Of a stretch of 64,000 bases of DNA, positions 38,250-48,811 are shown piece after piece. This DNA comes from an uncultured Acidobacteriota bacterium. Its GTDB lineage: Bacteria; Acidobacteriota; Thermoanaerobaculia; Gp7-AA8. The notes beneath the pieces were generated by a model. That model did no database searches, had not been told where the DNA came from, and was given only the letters and a program-made list of their open reading frames with translations. Each line of letters begins with the position of its first letter. The stretch's first letter is position 1. The stretch is from positions 64,001 through 128,000 of the forward strand of contig CAVUKB010000005.1 in NCBI GenBank assembly GCA_963741955.1. Direction: 5' to 3'. The position numbers were made by a program, and so were the translations under genes.

Positions 38250-38912
38250 ATGAACAATGGTTCGCGGGAACGCCGCAAGTACGAACGGGTGACCCTACCC
38301 AAGCCGTGGCCTGCCCGCTTGGACAATGGCCGAGCGTATCTCACCGAACTGTCGATCAACGACGCGCGCATTCTCCATCAGGGACGGATTCCGGAAGGAG
38401 AGACGCGATCGCTCCAGTTCGAGTGGGAAGGCTATCCTCTGACGTTCCGCTGCCAGATCGAGAAGAGCGACATCGAACGACTCTCGAATGAATCTCCCAG
38501 CAAGACCATCTACCGGAGCGAAGTCGTCCTTCTGAATCTCGGAACCAGTGCCTCCGGATCACAGCTTCGTGAAATGGTCGCGGACCACGTCCGTCGCGCG
38601 CTCGACGAGCAGAAGGCGAACGCCCGCGGCATTCCCGCGCTCGCCGCGAACTCCTACCAGACCGGATCGGCAGAGAAGGGCTATCTCACCTTCCGGTTCG
38701 TGCGGGGAGAGTGGGTGCGCTCAGAGACGAACGACCCGAAGCAGCCGATCGACGGATTCACCATCGCGGCAACCGAGGATCCGGAACAGATCGAGCTGCT
38801 TTGCACCAGCTACGTCGACGCGGATCACGAGGGACGGAAGATGATCCGGAAGATGGCGGAGTTGAGCGTGAGCGCCCTCGAAGGGATTCCCACCCGCAGA
38901 TACAAACCGTGA
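38250..38912 (+). CDS. PilZ-like domain protein
   Basis: ERRKYER (RxxxR) and degenerate ELSINDA (D/NxSxxG position). Confidence 0.6.
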   Translation: MNNGSRERRKYERVTLPKPWPARLDNGRAYLTELSINDARILHQGRIPEGETRSLQFEWEGYPLTFRCQIEKSDIERLSNESPSKTIYRSEVVLLNLGTSASGSQLREMVADHVRRALDEQKANARGIPALAANSYQTGSAEKGYLTFRFVRGEWVRSETNDPKQPIDGFTIAATEDPEQIELLCTSYVDADHEGRKMIRKMAELSVSALEGIPTRRYKP

Positions 38913-38941
38913 GCCGGTGATTCGAGATCCCGGCCCCACGC

Positions 38942-39994
38942 TCAGGCGGCGACGACGCGCCGGATCGGGAAAAGTAGAACCATGCTGGTTCCGACCCCCT
39001 CGATGCTGGTAACTGCGACCTCGCCGCCATGCGCCTCGACGACCTGCTTCACGATATAGAGGCCCAGGCCCGTTCCGCCCCCGCCACGCAGTGACTTGTT
39101 CTTGGTCTGCTTGTACTTCTGAAAGAGCTGCGCGACCTGATCGGGCTTGATGCCGATCCCCGAGTCGGTCACCGTCACCACGATGGCGTTCGGACCCTCT
39201 TCGTCCCGGACCACCTGCGCGCCGACCGAGATCACGCCCTGCTTCGGAGTGAATTTGAGAGCATTGCTCACCAGGTTGATCACGACCTGAGTGAGCTTCT
39301 CGATGCTTCCCGAGAAGGGGGGGAGCTCCGACGGATGGGCACTGAGAAGAAAGATGTCGTCGCGGGTAGCCACCGATTGCATACTCATCACGGAGCGCTT
39401 GAGGATGCCGGCGAGCCGCACCGGTTCCTTCTCGACCACGAAGTTCCCCGACTCGATTTTCGAGAAGTCGAGCAGCTCGTTGATCAGGCTCATCATCCGC
39501 TCCGATTCGCGGGACGCCTCACGCAGCAGCTCGTCCTGCATCTGATCGAGGCGGCTCGGCGTCTGCCCGAGGACGAATTCGAGCGTGCCCTGAATGCCTG
39601 AAAGAGGACCACGGAGATCGTGAACGATCATCGAGGTGAAGTCGGATTTCGCCTGTTCCATCTCCCGCTCGCGGGTGACGTCCTCGAAAGTGAGGGCGAC
39701 GGCGGGACTCTCGCCGCGCGAGATGTCGATCCGGTCGACGCGGTAAGTACGCCCGCTGAAGTCGGCGTCCACCGAATCGTCGTCCGCATCGGCGGCGAAG
39801 AACCGCTGCAGCCACCCGCGCTCACCGCCGACCACGCGCGCGGCGCTTCGCAGCCACTGTTCGCCTTCACCGCCGAACGTTTCGGCGAAAGCCTCGTTCC
39901 GGAACTGGATCTGTCCGCTGTCGTTCACCACCACGACTGCCACCGGAAGGCGGTCGAGAAGAGTGGTGACCATCGGGATCTGTGCAGGGCTCAT
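38942..39994 (-). CDS. PAS-domain sensor histidine kinase
   Basis: HDLRGPL, NLVSNALKFT, DSGIGI, GGTGLGL; N-terminal PAS-like LDRLPVAVVVVN. Confidence 0.9.
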   Translation of the reverse strand: MSPAQIPMVTTLLDRLPVAVVVVNDSGQIQFRNEAFAETFGGEGEQWLRSAARVVGGERGWLQRFFAADADDDSVDADFSGRTYRVDRIDISRGESPAVALTFEDVTREREMEQAKSDFTSMIVHDLRGPLSGIQGTLEFVLGQTPSRLDQMQDELLREASRESERMMSLINELLDFSKIESGNFVVEKEPVRLAGILKRSVMSMQSVATRDDIFLLSAHPSELPPFSGSIEKLTQVVINLVSNALKFTPKQGVISVGAQVVRDEEGPNAIVVTVTDSGIGIKPDQVAQLFQKYKQTKNKSLRGGGGTGLGLYIVKQVVEAHGGEVAVTSIEGVGTSMVLLFPIRRVVAA

Positions 39995-40416
39995 ACGGGA
40001 ATGGTTATGGCGCGCTGATACTGAAGGCGCGCGATGTTGAACAGGGTGGTAAAGGTATCGAACGGGCTCAGCTTGAGGAGCTTCTGGATGTCGAGGCGTC
40101 CATCGATCAGGGAGATCAGGTACCCTTCCTGCGCGTTCAGATTGAAACGACCGAAGTCGCTGAGGAACTCGGGCGAAAGCTTCGGAACCGCTTTCAATCC
40201 CTTCGGATTCGCGACGAGCTCCCGGACGATCTGGTTCCTCACGATCTCGATGTAGCCGCGGAGGCGGATGTCGGCAGGGAATCTCTGCCGGGCATCGATG
40301 AGCTGAGAGAGTGTCGGCCACGCTCCGCGAGTGCGGTACGACTCGGCGACCTGGGAGCTCCAGTCGATCGACGGGGAAGACGGTTGTGGCTTCGTCGCGG
40401 TCGGAAATCCGGTCAT
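39991..40416 (-). CDS. hypothetical protein with wHTH-like C-terminus (as in DUF4388 proteins)
   Basis: LNAQEGYLISLIDG..I..L motif; 4-nt overlap with the kinase start. Confidence 0.65.
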   Translation of the reverse strand: MTGFPTATKPQPSSPSIDWSSQVAESYRTRGAWPTLSQLIDARQRFPADIRLRGYIEIVRNQIVRELVANPKGLKAVPKLSPEFLSDFGRFNLNAQEGYLISLIDGRLDIQKLLKLSPFDTFTTLFNIARLQYQRAITIPV

Positions 40417-40511
40417 CCCCCGTATTCTAACCCGTCGCGGTGCGGGAGTGTCCACTCCGCGTGGCGGCTCCGCGATTCCGCAGCGCGCGATCTCCGGGTA
40501 AACTGGAGCCG

Positions 40512-43001
40512 ATGACCACAGAAGCGAGCGATTCGCCCGAACATGCACCTGCTGCGACGAAGAAGAGGCGCGCGGTGTCCCGCCTTCTTCCCCTGATCGT
40601 GGTTCTCGCGCTCGGCGTGCCGGCCGGATTCCTCGGCGCGAGAATGATTCGCATCCCGCTGGTGGAGAAGCTCGAGACGTACCGTCCCAGCATCATCACC
40701 CGGTTGTACGATCGCAACGGCCGCGTATTTTCGGACTACGCCATTCAGCGTCGGATCGTCGTTCCACTGCGGGAGATGGCGCCTTCGCTGGTGCACGCGA
40801 TCATCTCCGTCGAAGATTCCAACTTCTACGAGCACGGCGGAATCGACCCGAAGGCGATCCTGCGGGCGGCGATCAAAGACGCAATCGCTCGCAAGAAAGT
40901 CGAGGGGGCGTCGACACTCACCCAGCAGCTCGCCAAGCAGCTCTTCCTCACTCCGGAGAAGAGTTTTCGAAGGAAGTTCAATGAAGCATTTCTCGCGGTC
41001 GAGATCGAGAAGAACTTCACCAAGGATCAGATTCTCGAGCTTTACGCGAATCAGGTCTACCTCGGGCATGGCGCCTATGGCGTCGAGGCTGCGTCGCGCA
41101 CCTATTTCGGGAAGCACGCGAAGGATCTCGTGCCTGCGGAAGCGGCCACTCTCGCCGCGCTCATCCAGCGCCCCGAATACTTTTCTCCCATCAGCCATCC
41201 CGGCCGCGTGCTGGCGCGTCGGAACTACGTACTCAGGCGGATGGAGGAGCTCGGGTACCTGAAGAAACCCGACTTCGAACGGGCCGTCAACACCCCGATC
41301 GTTCTCGGGAGCTACAAGAGCGAGACGCCGGAAGTCGGTGCGTATTTCTCCGAAGAGGTCAGGCAGTACATCGAAAAGAGATACGGCGCGGAAGACCTCT
41401 ACCAGAGTGGACTCCAGGTGCACACCACCCTCGACGTTCAGATGCAGCAAGCCGCAGAGGAATCGCTCCAGGAAGGATTGCGCCGCTGGGACCACCGGCG
41501 TGGATTTCGGAAGCCGGATCGGAACGTGATCAAGGAAGGCCTCGATCCGCTGTCGTGGAAAGATCCTGCCTGGGAGAGGAATCTCACGGAAGGGAAGCTC
41601 TACCCGGCCGTGGTGCTGGAGGCGGATGACGAGAAGGTGGTGGTCCGGATTTCCGACCAGACGCTCACGCTGGGCGAGAAGAGCTGGGATTGGACGCACA
41701 AGAAGAGTCTCGGCGGAGTGCTCTCGCGAGGGGACGTGGTGCGCGTGCGATACCAGACGGACCCGAAGAAGAACAGCCGCGAGTGGTCGATCGACCAGGT
41801 GCCGCTCGTGCAGGGGGCGATCGTCGTCCTGGACGTCAGGAGCGGGGAGGTCCGTGCTCTGGTCGGAGGGTACGACTTCGACATCTCGAAATTCGACCGC
41901 GGGATCCAGTCGATGCGTCAGACCGGCTCATCGTTCAAGCCGTTCGTCTACGGCGCGGCCTTCGAGAAGGGGTTCACCCCGGCCGACACGGTTTTCGACG
42001 CGCCGGTCGAGATCCCCTGGAACAACTCCGTCTATTCGCCACGGAACTACCACGGAGAATACTCCGGGATCGTCACCATTCAGCGTGCGCTGGAACTTTC
42101 GATCAATGTTCCCGCGGTGAAGACGCTGATGATGATCGGCGGGCGGAACGTCATCGATTTCGCTCGGAAGTGCGGAATCACTTCGCCCCTTCCCGATTAC
42201 CCCTCGCTGGCGCTCGGCGCAGGAGGGATCTCGCCTCTGGAGATGACCGCCGCATACAACACCTTCGCGAATCAGGGGGTGTACACGAAACCCCGGTTCA
42301 TCCGGAAGATCACGGCGGCGAACGACAAGGTCCTCGAGGAGAGCTATCCGGAGATCTCCGAGGCGATGAGCGCGCAGAACGCGTATCTTCTCACCTACGT
42401 GCTCGAAGGGACGATCCGGAGAGGAACCGGGTACGACGCGCACGTGATCCCGGGCGCTCTGGCGGGAAAAACCGGGACGACGAATGCGTACACCGACGCA
42501 TGGTTCGTCGGGTTCTCTCCGGAGATCTCGGTCGGCGTCTGGGTCGGGTACGACGATCCGGCGCGGTCGCTCGGCGGGGGCGCGACGGGAGCGGCGGTCG
42601 CCCTCCCGATCTGGATCGACTTTTTCAACCGCATCGACGCGGAGAAGCTTCGAGGGGCGCCGAAGGAGAACTTCGACATGCCTCCGGGGATCGTGGTCGT
42701 TCCGATGGACCTGAAGACGGGACACCTGGGAGAAGGTCCCTGCGGCCGCGTGGTGGACGAGGCATTCATCGCCGGGACGGAACCGGAAAAGGACTGCAGC
42801 GGGCAGCTCCAGGAAGTGATCAAGCTGCCGTATTACCTCCAGCGTCCGTTCTATGAGCCGAAGGAATCGGAGCCGATCGTCGCGGCTCCCGACCAGGAGG
42901 CGAAACCGGGAGAGGGAGCAGAGTCGCCGGTGCCCCCTCCGCCGGAGCAGACCACAACGGCGCCGGCACCGACTACGACCTCACCGCCGCCGCCGGAGTG
43001 A
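40512..43001 (+). CDS. penicillin-binding protein 1A (class A PBP)
   Basis: Transglycosylase EDSNFYEH, GASTLTQQ, RKFNE; transpeptidase SSFK, SIN, KTG. Confidence 0.95.
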   Translation: MTTEASDSPEHAPAATKKRRAVSRLLPLIVVLALGVPAGFLGARMIRIPLVEKLETYRPSIITRLYDRNGRVFSDYAIQRRIVVPLREMAPSLVHAIISVEDSNFYEHGGIDPKAILRAAIKDAIARKKVEGASTLTQQLAKQLFLTPEKSFRRKFNEAFLAVEIEKNFTKDQILELYANQVYLGHGAYGVEAASRTYFGKHAKDLVPAEAATLAALIQRPEYFSPISHPGRVLARRNYVLRRMEELGYLKKPDFERAVNTPIVLGSYKSETPEVGAYFSEEVRQYIEKRYGAEDLYQSGLQVHTTLDVQMQQAAEESLQEGLRRWDHRRGFRKPDRNVIKEGLDPLSWKDPAWERNLTEGKLYPAVVLEADDEKVVVRISDQTLTLGEKSWDWTHKKSLGGVLSRGDVVRVRYQTDPKKNSREWSIDQVPLVQGAIVVLDVRSGEVRALVGGYDFDISKFDRGIQSMRQTGSSFKPFVYGAAFEKGFTPADTVFDAPVEIPWNNSVYSPRNYHGEYSGIVTIQRALELSINVPAVKTLMMIGGRNVIDFARKCGITSPLPDYPSLALGAGGISPLEMTAAYNTFANQGVYTKPRFIRKITAANDKVLEESYPEISEAMSAQNAYLLTYVLEGTIRRGTGYDAHVIPGALAGKTGTTNAYTDAWFVGFSPEISVGVWVGYDDPARSLGGGATGAAVALPIWIDFFNRIDAEKLRGAPKENFDMPPGIVVVPMDLKTGHLGEGPCGRVVDEAFIAGTEPEKDCSGQLQEVIKLPYYLQRPFYEPKESEPIVAAPDQEAKPGEGAESPVPPPPEQTTTAPAPTTTSPPPPE

Positions 43002-43042
43002 GACCTCCGGACGCTCCGAAAGGCGCGACCCCGCGCAGACTC

Positions 43043-43420
43043 CTAGGGAACCAGCCGCCGGATCACGTCGATGAACTTCTCGCGCGTGAGCGGTTTGCGC
43101 ATCCACGCATTCGCGCCGGAAGCCGGGAACATCTCTTCGAGTGCCTTTTCCGGGAGATCCGAGATCAGTACGATCGGGATCTCCTTCTTGTTCGACTGCG
43201 ATTTGAGCACTTCACTCAGACGATTTCCCTTGATGCTGGGAAGATTCACGTCGAGGAAGATGATGTCCGGTGAATTCGCGGCGAGGACGTGGTTGAATTC
43301 GATCCAGCTAGCTGCGGTGAGAACAGTCGCTCCTTCCCGTTCAAGCAATGCGCGCGCAAGCTTCAGCACGAGCGGATTGTCGTCCAGAACAAGCACGGTC
43401 ATATTGTCGAGTGCGGCCAT
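43043..43420 (-). CDS. single-domain response regulator (receiver only)
   Basis: VLDD, FLDVNLP, RKP. Confidence 0.88.
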   Translation of the reverse strand: MAALDNMTVLVLDDNPLVLKLARALLEREGATVLTAASWIEFNHVLAANSPDIIFLDVNLPSIKGNRLSEVLKSQSNKKEIPIVLISDLPEKALEEMFPASGANAWMRKPLTREKFIDVIRRLVP

Positions 43421-43521
43421 CCAACGTACTCCGATCCGATCATTGATGGGGGATTGGAATCCTCCGTCATGATACATTCTCTTCCGTATTTTGTCGTGAA
43501 ATCTCACCAAGGAGTGTCGAA

Positions 43522-44043
43522 TTGGACAGTCACGTTCCACCCGACTCCCCACCATCCCCGCCGCCTCCGACCGAGCCCTCGGGAACGAGTGGCTCCTATC
43601 AGCGACCTGCGGACTACTACTCTACTCCGACTCAACCCGAGCGGAAGGGCTGTCCGAAGTGGATTCCGATCGGCTGCGGCCTTCTGGGCTGCCTCACATT
43701 GATCATTATATTCATAGGCGGCTTCTATCTCATGCGGGGCGGCGCCGGGAAGATGCTGAACTTCGCGTTCAACACGATCCAGCGCGATTCGTCCCGGATG
43801 ATGGGCCCGGACGTCACGCCGTCGCAGCGTGAGGCATTCCAGGCAGAGTTCACCCGGTTCCGAAAGAACATTTCCGATGGGCGTGCACCGATGACCGAGG
43901 TGCAGAAAGTCCTGAACGAGATGCGGGACGCCGTGGGCGACCGGAAACTCACGCCGGACGAGGTCGACGGGCTGACCGAACTGATGAAGGGGATCAACGA
44001 GCGGGCGGAGAAGAATTCGACCTCGAAACCTGTTCAACTCTGA
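43522..44043 (+). CDS. hypothetical membrane protein
   Basis: Pro-rich N-terminus, GC..GCG..GC TM segment, helical C-terminus. Confidence 0.65.
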   Translation: MDSHVPPDSPPSPPPPTEPSGTSGSYQRPADYYSTPTQPERKGCPKWIPIGCGLLGCLTLIIIFIGGFYLMRGGAGKMLNFAFNTIQRDSSRMMGPDVTPSQREAFQAEFTRFRKNISDGRAPMTEVQKVLNEMRDAVGDRKLTPDEVDGLTELMKGINERAEKNSTSKPVQL

Positions 44044-44048
44044 CCGGA

Positions 44049-46034
44049 ATGGATCGGTTCGAGCTCGTTTCTCCCTTTGAGCCGCAAGGCGACCAGATCG
44101 CTGCGATCGAGAAGCTCGTCGGCGCCGCGCGCGACGACGAGCGCGAACAGGTGTTGCTCGGCGTCACCGGCTCCGGAAAGACGTTCACCATGGCCAAGGT
44201 GATCGAGGCCCTCAACCGCCCGACCCTGATCCTCAGTCACAACAAGACTCTGGCCGCGCAGCTCTACCAGGAATTCCGCAATTTCTTTCCCGAGAACCGG
44301 GTCGAGTACTTCGTCTCCTACTACGACTACTACCAGCCGGAAGCCTACATCCCGCAGTCGGATCTCTACATCGAAAAGGAGATGACGAAGAACGAGGAGA
44401 TCGACAAGCTGCGGCTTGCCGCAACCAAGTCTCTCTTCGAGAGACGCGACGTGATCATCGTCGCTTCAGTCTCCTGCATCTACGGCATCGGCGACCCCGA
44501 GCTCTACTACGGAATGCTCCTCTTTTTCGAAAAAGGGGTGACCAAGCCGCTTCCGGAGTACCTGCGGAAGCTCACCGAGATGCAGTACCAGCGCACGCCG
44601 TACGACCTCTCCCGAGGGACCTTCCGCCTCAGAGGTGACGTCCTGGAGATCTGGCCCGCCTACGAAGACGATGCAGTCCGGATCGAGTTCTTCGGAGACG
44701 AGATCGACGCGATCTCGAGAATCGATCCTGTCACCGGCCACGTCACTCGGACCTACGAACGGCTGGCCGTCTATCCGAAGACCCATTACGTCACTCCTCG
44801 GGATCGGCTCCTCGAAGCGATCGCCGCGATCAAGGAGGAGCTCGCTGAAAGGACCGAAGAGCTCAAGAGGAACGACCGGCTCCTCGAGGCGCAGCGTCTC
44901 CAGCAGCGCACGCTCTTCGACATCGAGATGATGACGGAGCTCGGTTACTGCAACGGGATCGAGAATTACAGCCGTCACCTGAGCGGCCGCGCGCCCGGTC
45001 AGCCGCCACCGACGTTGATCGACTATTTTCCGAAGGACTACCTCCTGATCATCGACGAGTCCCACCAGACTGTTCCCCAGCTCCGCGCGATGTGGGGAGG
45101 GGACCGGGCCAGAAAACAGACCCTCGTCGAATACGGTTTCCGTCTTCCGAGCGCGATCGACAACCGGCCCCTGAGCTTCGAGGAGTTCGAGGGAAAGGTA
45201 AATCAGGTGGTCTTCGTCTCCGCGACGCCCGGCGCGTACGAGTTGCAGAAGAGTGGGGGCCAGTTCGTCGAGCAGGTCATCCGGCCGACCGGGCTGCTCG
45301 ATCCGCAGATCGAGATCCGGCCGGTGAAGGGTCAGGTCGACGATCTGATCGGAGTGATCCGGGAGAGAATCGACAAGAAAGAGCGGGTGATGGTCACCAC
45401 GCTCACCAAGAAGATGTCCGAGGATCTGAGCCGTTATCTCCTCGAGCTCGGAATCAAGGTCACCTATCTCCATTCGGACATCGACACGTTGGAGCGGGTG
45501 GCGATCCTTCGCGATTTCCGCCTCGGGACGTTCGACGTCCTCGTCGGCATCAACCTTCTCCGCGAGGGACTCGATCTTCCCGAATGTTCGTGTGTCGCCA
45601 TTCTCGACGCGGACAAGGAAGGCTTCCTCCGTTCCGGAACCTCTCTGATCCAGACCATCGGACGCGCTGCCCGGAACGTGAACGGTCTGGCGATCCTCTA
45701 TGCCGACCGGATCACGGATTCGATGCGGCACGCGATCGATGAGACGGAGCGGAGACGGTCGATTCAGGAAGAGTGGAATCGCGAGCACGGCATCGAGCCG
45801 GCGACCATCATCAAGGCCGTCGATTCGGACCTGGTCCGGATGTCCAACCTCGACTACTTCGAGATACCGGGAAAGAGGGGAGCGCTCGATCTCGTCGCGG
45901 ACGAAGATCTCGATGCGAAAATCGCAAGGCTGACCCGGGAGATGAAAGATGCCGCCAAGAATCTCGAATTCGAGAAGGCGGCCGAGCTGCGGGATCAGCT
46001 CCGGGAACTGAAAGAGCTCCGGATCTTCGTCTGA
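44049..46034 (+). CDS. uvrB: excinuclease ABC subunit B
   Basis: [31 protein letters not shown]-terminal UVR. Confidence 0.98.
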   Translation: MDRFELVSPFEPQGDQIAAIEKLVGAARDDEREQVLLGVTGSGKTFTMAKVIEALNRPTLILSHNKTLAAQLYQEFRNFFPENRVEYFVSYYDYYQPEAYIPQSDLYIEKEMTKNEEIDKLRLAATKSLFERRDVIIVASVSCIYGIGDPELYYGMLLFFEKGVTKPLPEYLRKLTEMQYQRTPYDLSRGTFRLRGDVLEIWPAYEDDAVRIEFFGDEIDAISRIDPVTGHVTRTYERLAVYPKTHYVTPRDRLLEAIAAIKEELAERTEELKRNDRLLEAQRLQQRTLFDIEMMTELGYCNGIENYSRHLSGRAPGQPPPTLIDYFPKDYLLIIDESHQTVPQLRAMWGGDRARKQTLVEYGFRLPSAIDNRPLSFEEFEGKVNQVVFVSATPGAYELQKSGGQFVEQVIRPTGLLDPQIEIRPVKGQVDDLIGVIRERIDKKERVMVTTLTKKMSEDLSRYLLELGIKVTYLHSDIDTLERVAILRDFRLGTFDVLVGINLLREGLDLPECSCVAILDADKEGFLRSGTSLIQTIGRAARNVNGLAILYADRITDSMRHAIDETERRRSIQEEWNREHGIEPATIIKAVDSDLVRMSNLDYFEIPGKRGALDLVADEDLDAKIARLTREMKDAAKNLEFEKAAELRDQLRELKELRIFV

Positions 46035-46062
46035 CCGTCACGCCTCCTTACCGCGCACACTA

Positions 46063-46650
46063 CTAGCCCTTTTCTCTCCGGTAGTGCCGCCGCGCCTTCG
46101 CGCGGTTCCCGCATCCGGTCATGGTGCACCAGCGCCGGGACCCGTTCCGGCTCTGGTCAAGGAAGAGGCGGCTGCAGTCGCGACCCGAACACTCTCGCAG
46201 CCGGGAGATCTCGGGTGAGACGAGGAGATCGGCGGCGGCGCAGATCACCGGCCAGAGGATCCGCTGAGGGTCCGTACTCCGTTCCCATTCCCACTCGAAG
46301 CGGTCCCGTCGCCCACCGATGCGCCGGTGCGGGTACGTCCGGGCGATGGCCTCGTTGAGGAGCGAGAGATCGGACGGTGAGGGAGGCCGCTTCCGCGCGA
46401 TCCGCGAGAAGATCGACTGAATCGAATCTCGAAGCGAGCGCGCCTCTCCGGCCAGCGTCTCGCCGCCGCCACTCTCCTCGATCTGTCCCAGAATCTGCCG
46501 CCGCTCGTGAGCGGTGATCAGCCCTGCGTTCCGACACCATTCGAGGAGGTGATCCAGATCGGGGAGCCCTTCTCTCCGGTCTCCGAGAGCATGAAAGCCG
46601 GCCGAGTTGGCGAATTCCAGGGCGAGGTTCCCTCCGACGTTCTCCTGCAT
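46063..46650 (-). CDS. ABATE / CGNR zinc-finger protein
   Basis: LALEFANS; C...C..LFLDQSRNGSRRWC....CGNRAK. Confidence 0.92.
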   Translation of the reverse strand: MQENVGGNLALEFANSAGFHALGDRREGLPDLDHLLEWCRNAGLITAHERRQILGQIEESGGGETLAGEARSLRDSIQSIFSRIARKRPPSPSDLSLLNEAIARTYPHRRIGGRRDRFEWEWERSTDPQRILWPVICAAADLLVSPEISRLRECSGRDCSRLFLDQSRNGSRRWCTMTGCGNRAKARRHYRREKG

Positions 46651-46742
46651 CCGGTCTCCTTTTTTCACGGACTGCACCCGGGGCTCTCTTTGGCTCGAGC
46701 GCGATCTCTCCGCGCGGGAGATTCGGGCCCGACTCCGGTCGC

Positions 46743-46846
46743 TAACCATCATAACAACAAACGAAGGTTATTGGGCTTTATAACCATCTAAAATAAATAA
46801 GCAGGTTATAAAGCTGCCTAACCCCCGAAAGCGAAATAGAAGGATA
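46743..46846. promoter_or_regulatory. three tandem palindromic boxes TAACC-N18-GG(T/A)TA, 38-bp period
   Basis: 46743-46770, 46781-46808 (extends to GCTTTATAACC/GGTTATAAAGC) and 46819-46846, in an AT-rich patch. Confidence 0.75.
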
Positions 46847-46947
46847 TACGGCAATGACCGCGCTCTGGCGACGGAATGGTGCGAGACATCCGGGCTGGCG
46901 CGAATGGGAGCAAATCGACTTGCCGATTTGTTGCTGGAGTCTGCGCG

Positions 46948-48789
46948 ATGTCCAACGGCTCGGATTCACGAATGGAGCGGCTCAGGAGCCGCCTGAAAGA
47001 GATCCCGGAGCGGCCCGGGGTCTACCTCCACCGCAACTCCGCAGGGGAGGTGATCTACGTCGGGAAGGCCCGCAATCTCCGGAGTCGCGTCTCCTCCTAC
47101 ATTTCCGGACGCGGGGCTCGCGACAGCAAGACGATGTCGCTGATCGCGGAGATCGAAGCCATCGATTTCGTGACCACGAACAACGAGCTCGAGGCGATCC
47201 TTCTCGAGAACAACCTGATCAAGGCGAACCAGCCGCGCTACAACGTCCTTCTCCGCGACGACAAGACGTATCCGTACCTGAAAGTGACGCTCTCCGAGCC
47301 GTATCCTCGAGTGGTCTTCACCCGAAGAGTGAACCGGGAGAAGGGTGATCTCTACTTCGGTCCTTTCTTCGCGGGAACTGCCCGACGGATCCTGAAGCTG
47401 ATCCAGGACCACTTCAGCCTCAGGACCTGCGACATCCCGATCCGTGAAGGGGTGAGTGCGCTTCCCCGGCCCTGCCTCTATTACGACATGCACCAATGTC
47501 TCGGGCCGTGCGTCGAGGGTCTGACCACGCGCGAAGAGTACCTTCAGGTCGTCGACGACGTGGTCCTCTTCCTGAGCGGACGGAGCAAAGAGCTCCAGCA
47601 GCGCCTGAAGGTCCGCATGTATGACGCGGCGGAGAAGGAGCGGTTCGAGCTCGCAACCTACTACCGCGATCTGGTGAGGACAGTCGAACGGACCCAGGCC
47701 GAGCAGCAGGTCGCTTCGGCCGGGGACGCGAACGCCGACGTCTGGGGAATGTTCGAGGAGGGGAGCGACGTCGCGGTGCAGGTTTTCATCATGCGCGACG
47801 GCAACCTGGTTGACCGTCGGGAGATCTTCTGGGAGAAAGTCGAAGCCTTCAACGCGGAGGAGTTTCTCGCCGAGGTGGTCCAGCGATACTACGAGGACAA
47901 CCTGTTCATTCCCGCCGAGATCCATCTACCGCACCAGATTGCCGACGCGGAGCTGATCGCCGACTGGCTCGAATCGAAGCGCGGCCGGAAAGTGCGTCTT
48001 CGTATACCGATGCGGGGGAAGGCGCTCGACCGGATCGAGCTCGCGGTGCGGAATGCACGAGTGGCTCACGAGTCGCGCTTCCGGAAGTCCCAGCAGGACC
48101 GGCTGCAGGTTGCAGCAGCCCGTCTCGGCTCGATCGTCGGCGCTCCCGGCGACGTTCAGTGGGTCGAATCGTTCGACATCTCGAACATCCAGGGAAGCGA
48201 TTCGGTGGCGGGGATGATTGTCTTCGGCGAGGGGCGGTTCCGGAAGGAGCACTACCGGGTCTTCAACATCCGAACGGTGGAGGGGGCGGACGACTTCCGC
48301 TCCATGGCCGAGGCGGTCGAGAGGCGCTACAGGAGAGTGGTCTCGGAGGAGCGGTCGCTTCCGGATCTGATTCTCATCGACGGAGGACGAGGGCAGTTGA
48401 ACGCCGCCCTTTCCGCTCTCGCGAAGCTCGGAATCGACGGCGTGGCGGTCGCAGGACTCGCCAAACGGGAAGAGGAGATTTACCTCCCCGATTCGGAAGA
48501 TCCGGTCTGTCTCGACCGGCATGATCCGGCGTTACAGCTGCTGCAAATGATTCGCGATGAAACGCACCGGTTTGCCGTATCATCGCATCGAAGAAGGCGA
48601 TCGCGACGGACGCTTCAGAGCGAGCTCGATTCGCTCTCCGGCGTGGGAGCCACACGCCGGAAACTGCTGCTGGAGCACTTCGGCAGTCTCTCGGCGGTGC
48701 GGCAGGCCTCCGCGCAGGACCTGTCGAAGGTTCTCGGCCGAAAGGTCGGACAATCCGTTTACGATCAGCTCCATTCCGGTTCCATATGA
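46948..48789 (+). CDS. uvrC: excinuclease ABC subunit C
   Basis: GVY..IYVGKA (GIY-YIG), FDISN, DGGRGQ, RDETHRFA, HhH. Start 46948 or 46972. Confidence 0.97.
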   Translation: MSNGSDSRMERLRSRLKEIPERPGVYLHRNSAGEVIYVGKARNLRSRVSSYISGRGARDSKTMSLIAEIEAIDFVTTNNELEAILLENNLIKANQPRYNVLLRDDKTYPYLKVTLSEPYPRVVFTRRVNREKGDLYFGPFFAGTARRILKLIQDHFSLRTCDIPIREGVSALPRPCLYYDMHQCLGPCVEGLTTREEYLQVVDDVVLFLSGRSKELQQRLKVRMYDAAEKERFELATYYRDLVRTVERTQAEQQVASAGDANADVWGMFEEGSDVAVQVFIMRDGNLVDRREIFWEKVEAFNAEEFLAEVVQRYYEDNLFIPAEIHLPHQIADAELIADWLESKRGRKVRLRIPMRGKALDRIELAVRNARVAHESRFRKSQQDRLQVAAARLGSIVGAPGDVQWVESFDISNIQGSDSVAGMIVFGEGRFRKEHYRVFNIRTVEGADDFRSMAEAVERRYRRVVSEERSLPDLILIDGGRGQLNAALSALAKLGIDGVAVAGLAKREEEIYLPDSEDPVCLDRHDPALQLLQMIRDETHRFAVSSHRRRRSRRTLQSELDSLSGVGATRRKLLLEHFGSLSAVRQASAQDLSKVLGRKVGQSVYDQLHSGSI

Positions 48790-48811
48790 CCCGGGGAGAG
48801 GGAGGAAGTGA

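Noticed and set aside
46651-46947. LexA/SOS box for uvrC
   Set aside because: No CTGT-N8-ACAG or GAAC-N4-GTTC type site was recognised; the visible palindromes have a different geometry.
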